Source: Patescibacteria group bacterium | Lineage (GTDB): Bacteria > Patescibacteriota > UBA1384 > UBA12157 > JAENIV01 | Direction of reading: 5' to 3' | Assembly: GCA_023485405.1 (NCBI GenBank) | Contig: JAMCZU010000032.1 | Location: 400 to 64,399, forward strand | Length of the DNA stretch: 64,000 nt | Shown here: positions 63,988 through 64,000 of the stretch, piece by piece | How the letters are laid out: the number at the start of each line of letters is the position of its first letter | Position numbering within the stretch: position 1 is the first letter of the stretch | Made by a program: the position numbers and the translations under genes | The notes under the pieces: generated by a model | What the model saw: the letters and a program-made list of their open reading frames with translations, nothing else | The model's database searches: none | Told to the model about the DNA's origin: nothing

Positions 63988-64000
63988 AAGATGTGGGGTG

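Overview
AT-rich (roughly one-third GC), gene-dense window dominated by minus-strand housekeeping genes of a reduced-genome bacterium: frr, a tsf fragment, rpsB, rpmE, prfA, htrA, gatCAB, ligA, htpX/lemA, ctpA, mnmA, folD, nifSU-type iscSU, tatD, metG, rsmI, mntH, rsmA, uvrD, dnaB, dnaX and pheS. The plus strand carries a type IV pilus block (pilB, pilC, three prepilin-like genes, pilM/N/O) with no secretin. Alternative start codons are common (TTG for pilB, hicB and a lipoprotein; GTG for the STAS gene). The accessory content is rich. It includes a REP-RAYT unit and two related REP hairpin families, and an AT-rich MITE-like element family, including an in-frame fragment inside mnmA. Heptanucleotide tandem repeats are embedded in-frame in many essential genes. 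uvrD carries an intein in motif III and dnaB carries one encoding a LAGLIDADG homing endonuclease; they flank a GC-rich structured-RNA candidate. There are four toxin-antitoxin-like modules and an HU-domain::PilB fusion. Two loci look most novel. At 51.9-55.4 kb, an array of small accessory genes (VapBC, HicAB, small membrane and secreted proteins, a lipoprotein) is punctuated by five 45-50 bp direct repeats. Four encode a 14-aa proline-rich mini-ORF (MKPLAQPPKEAEEL-like) translationally coupled to the next gene; the same sequence forms the C-terminal tail of the adjacent sensor kinase. At 57.4-60.1 kb, a RiPP-like cluster has a Cys-rich zinc-ribbon peptide, a 37-aa peptide with its own consensus promoter, palindromic tcaaggcc sites, a PqqD-RRE::radical-SAM::SPASM maturase and a methyltransferase. 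All coordinates outside the ORF track were read by eye and may be off by a few bases. No tRNA or rRNA could be confirmed.
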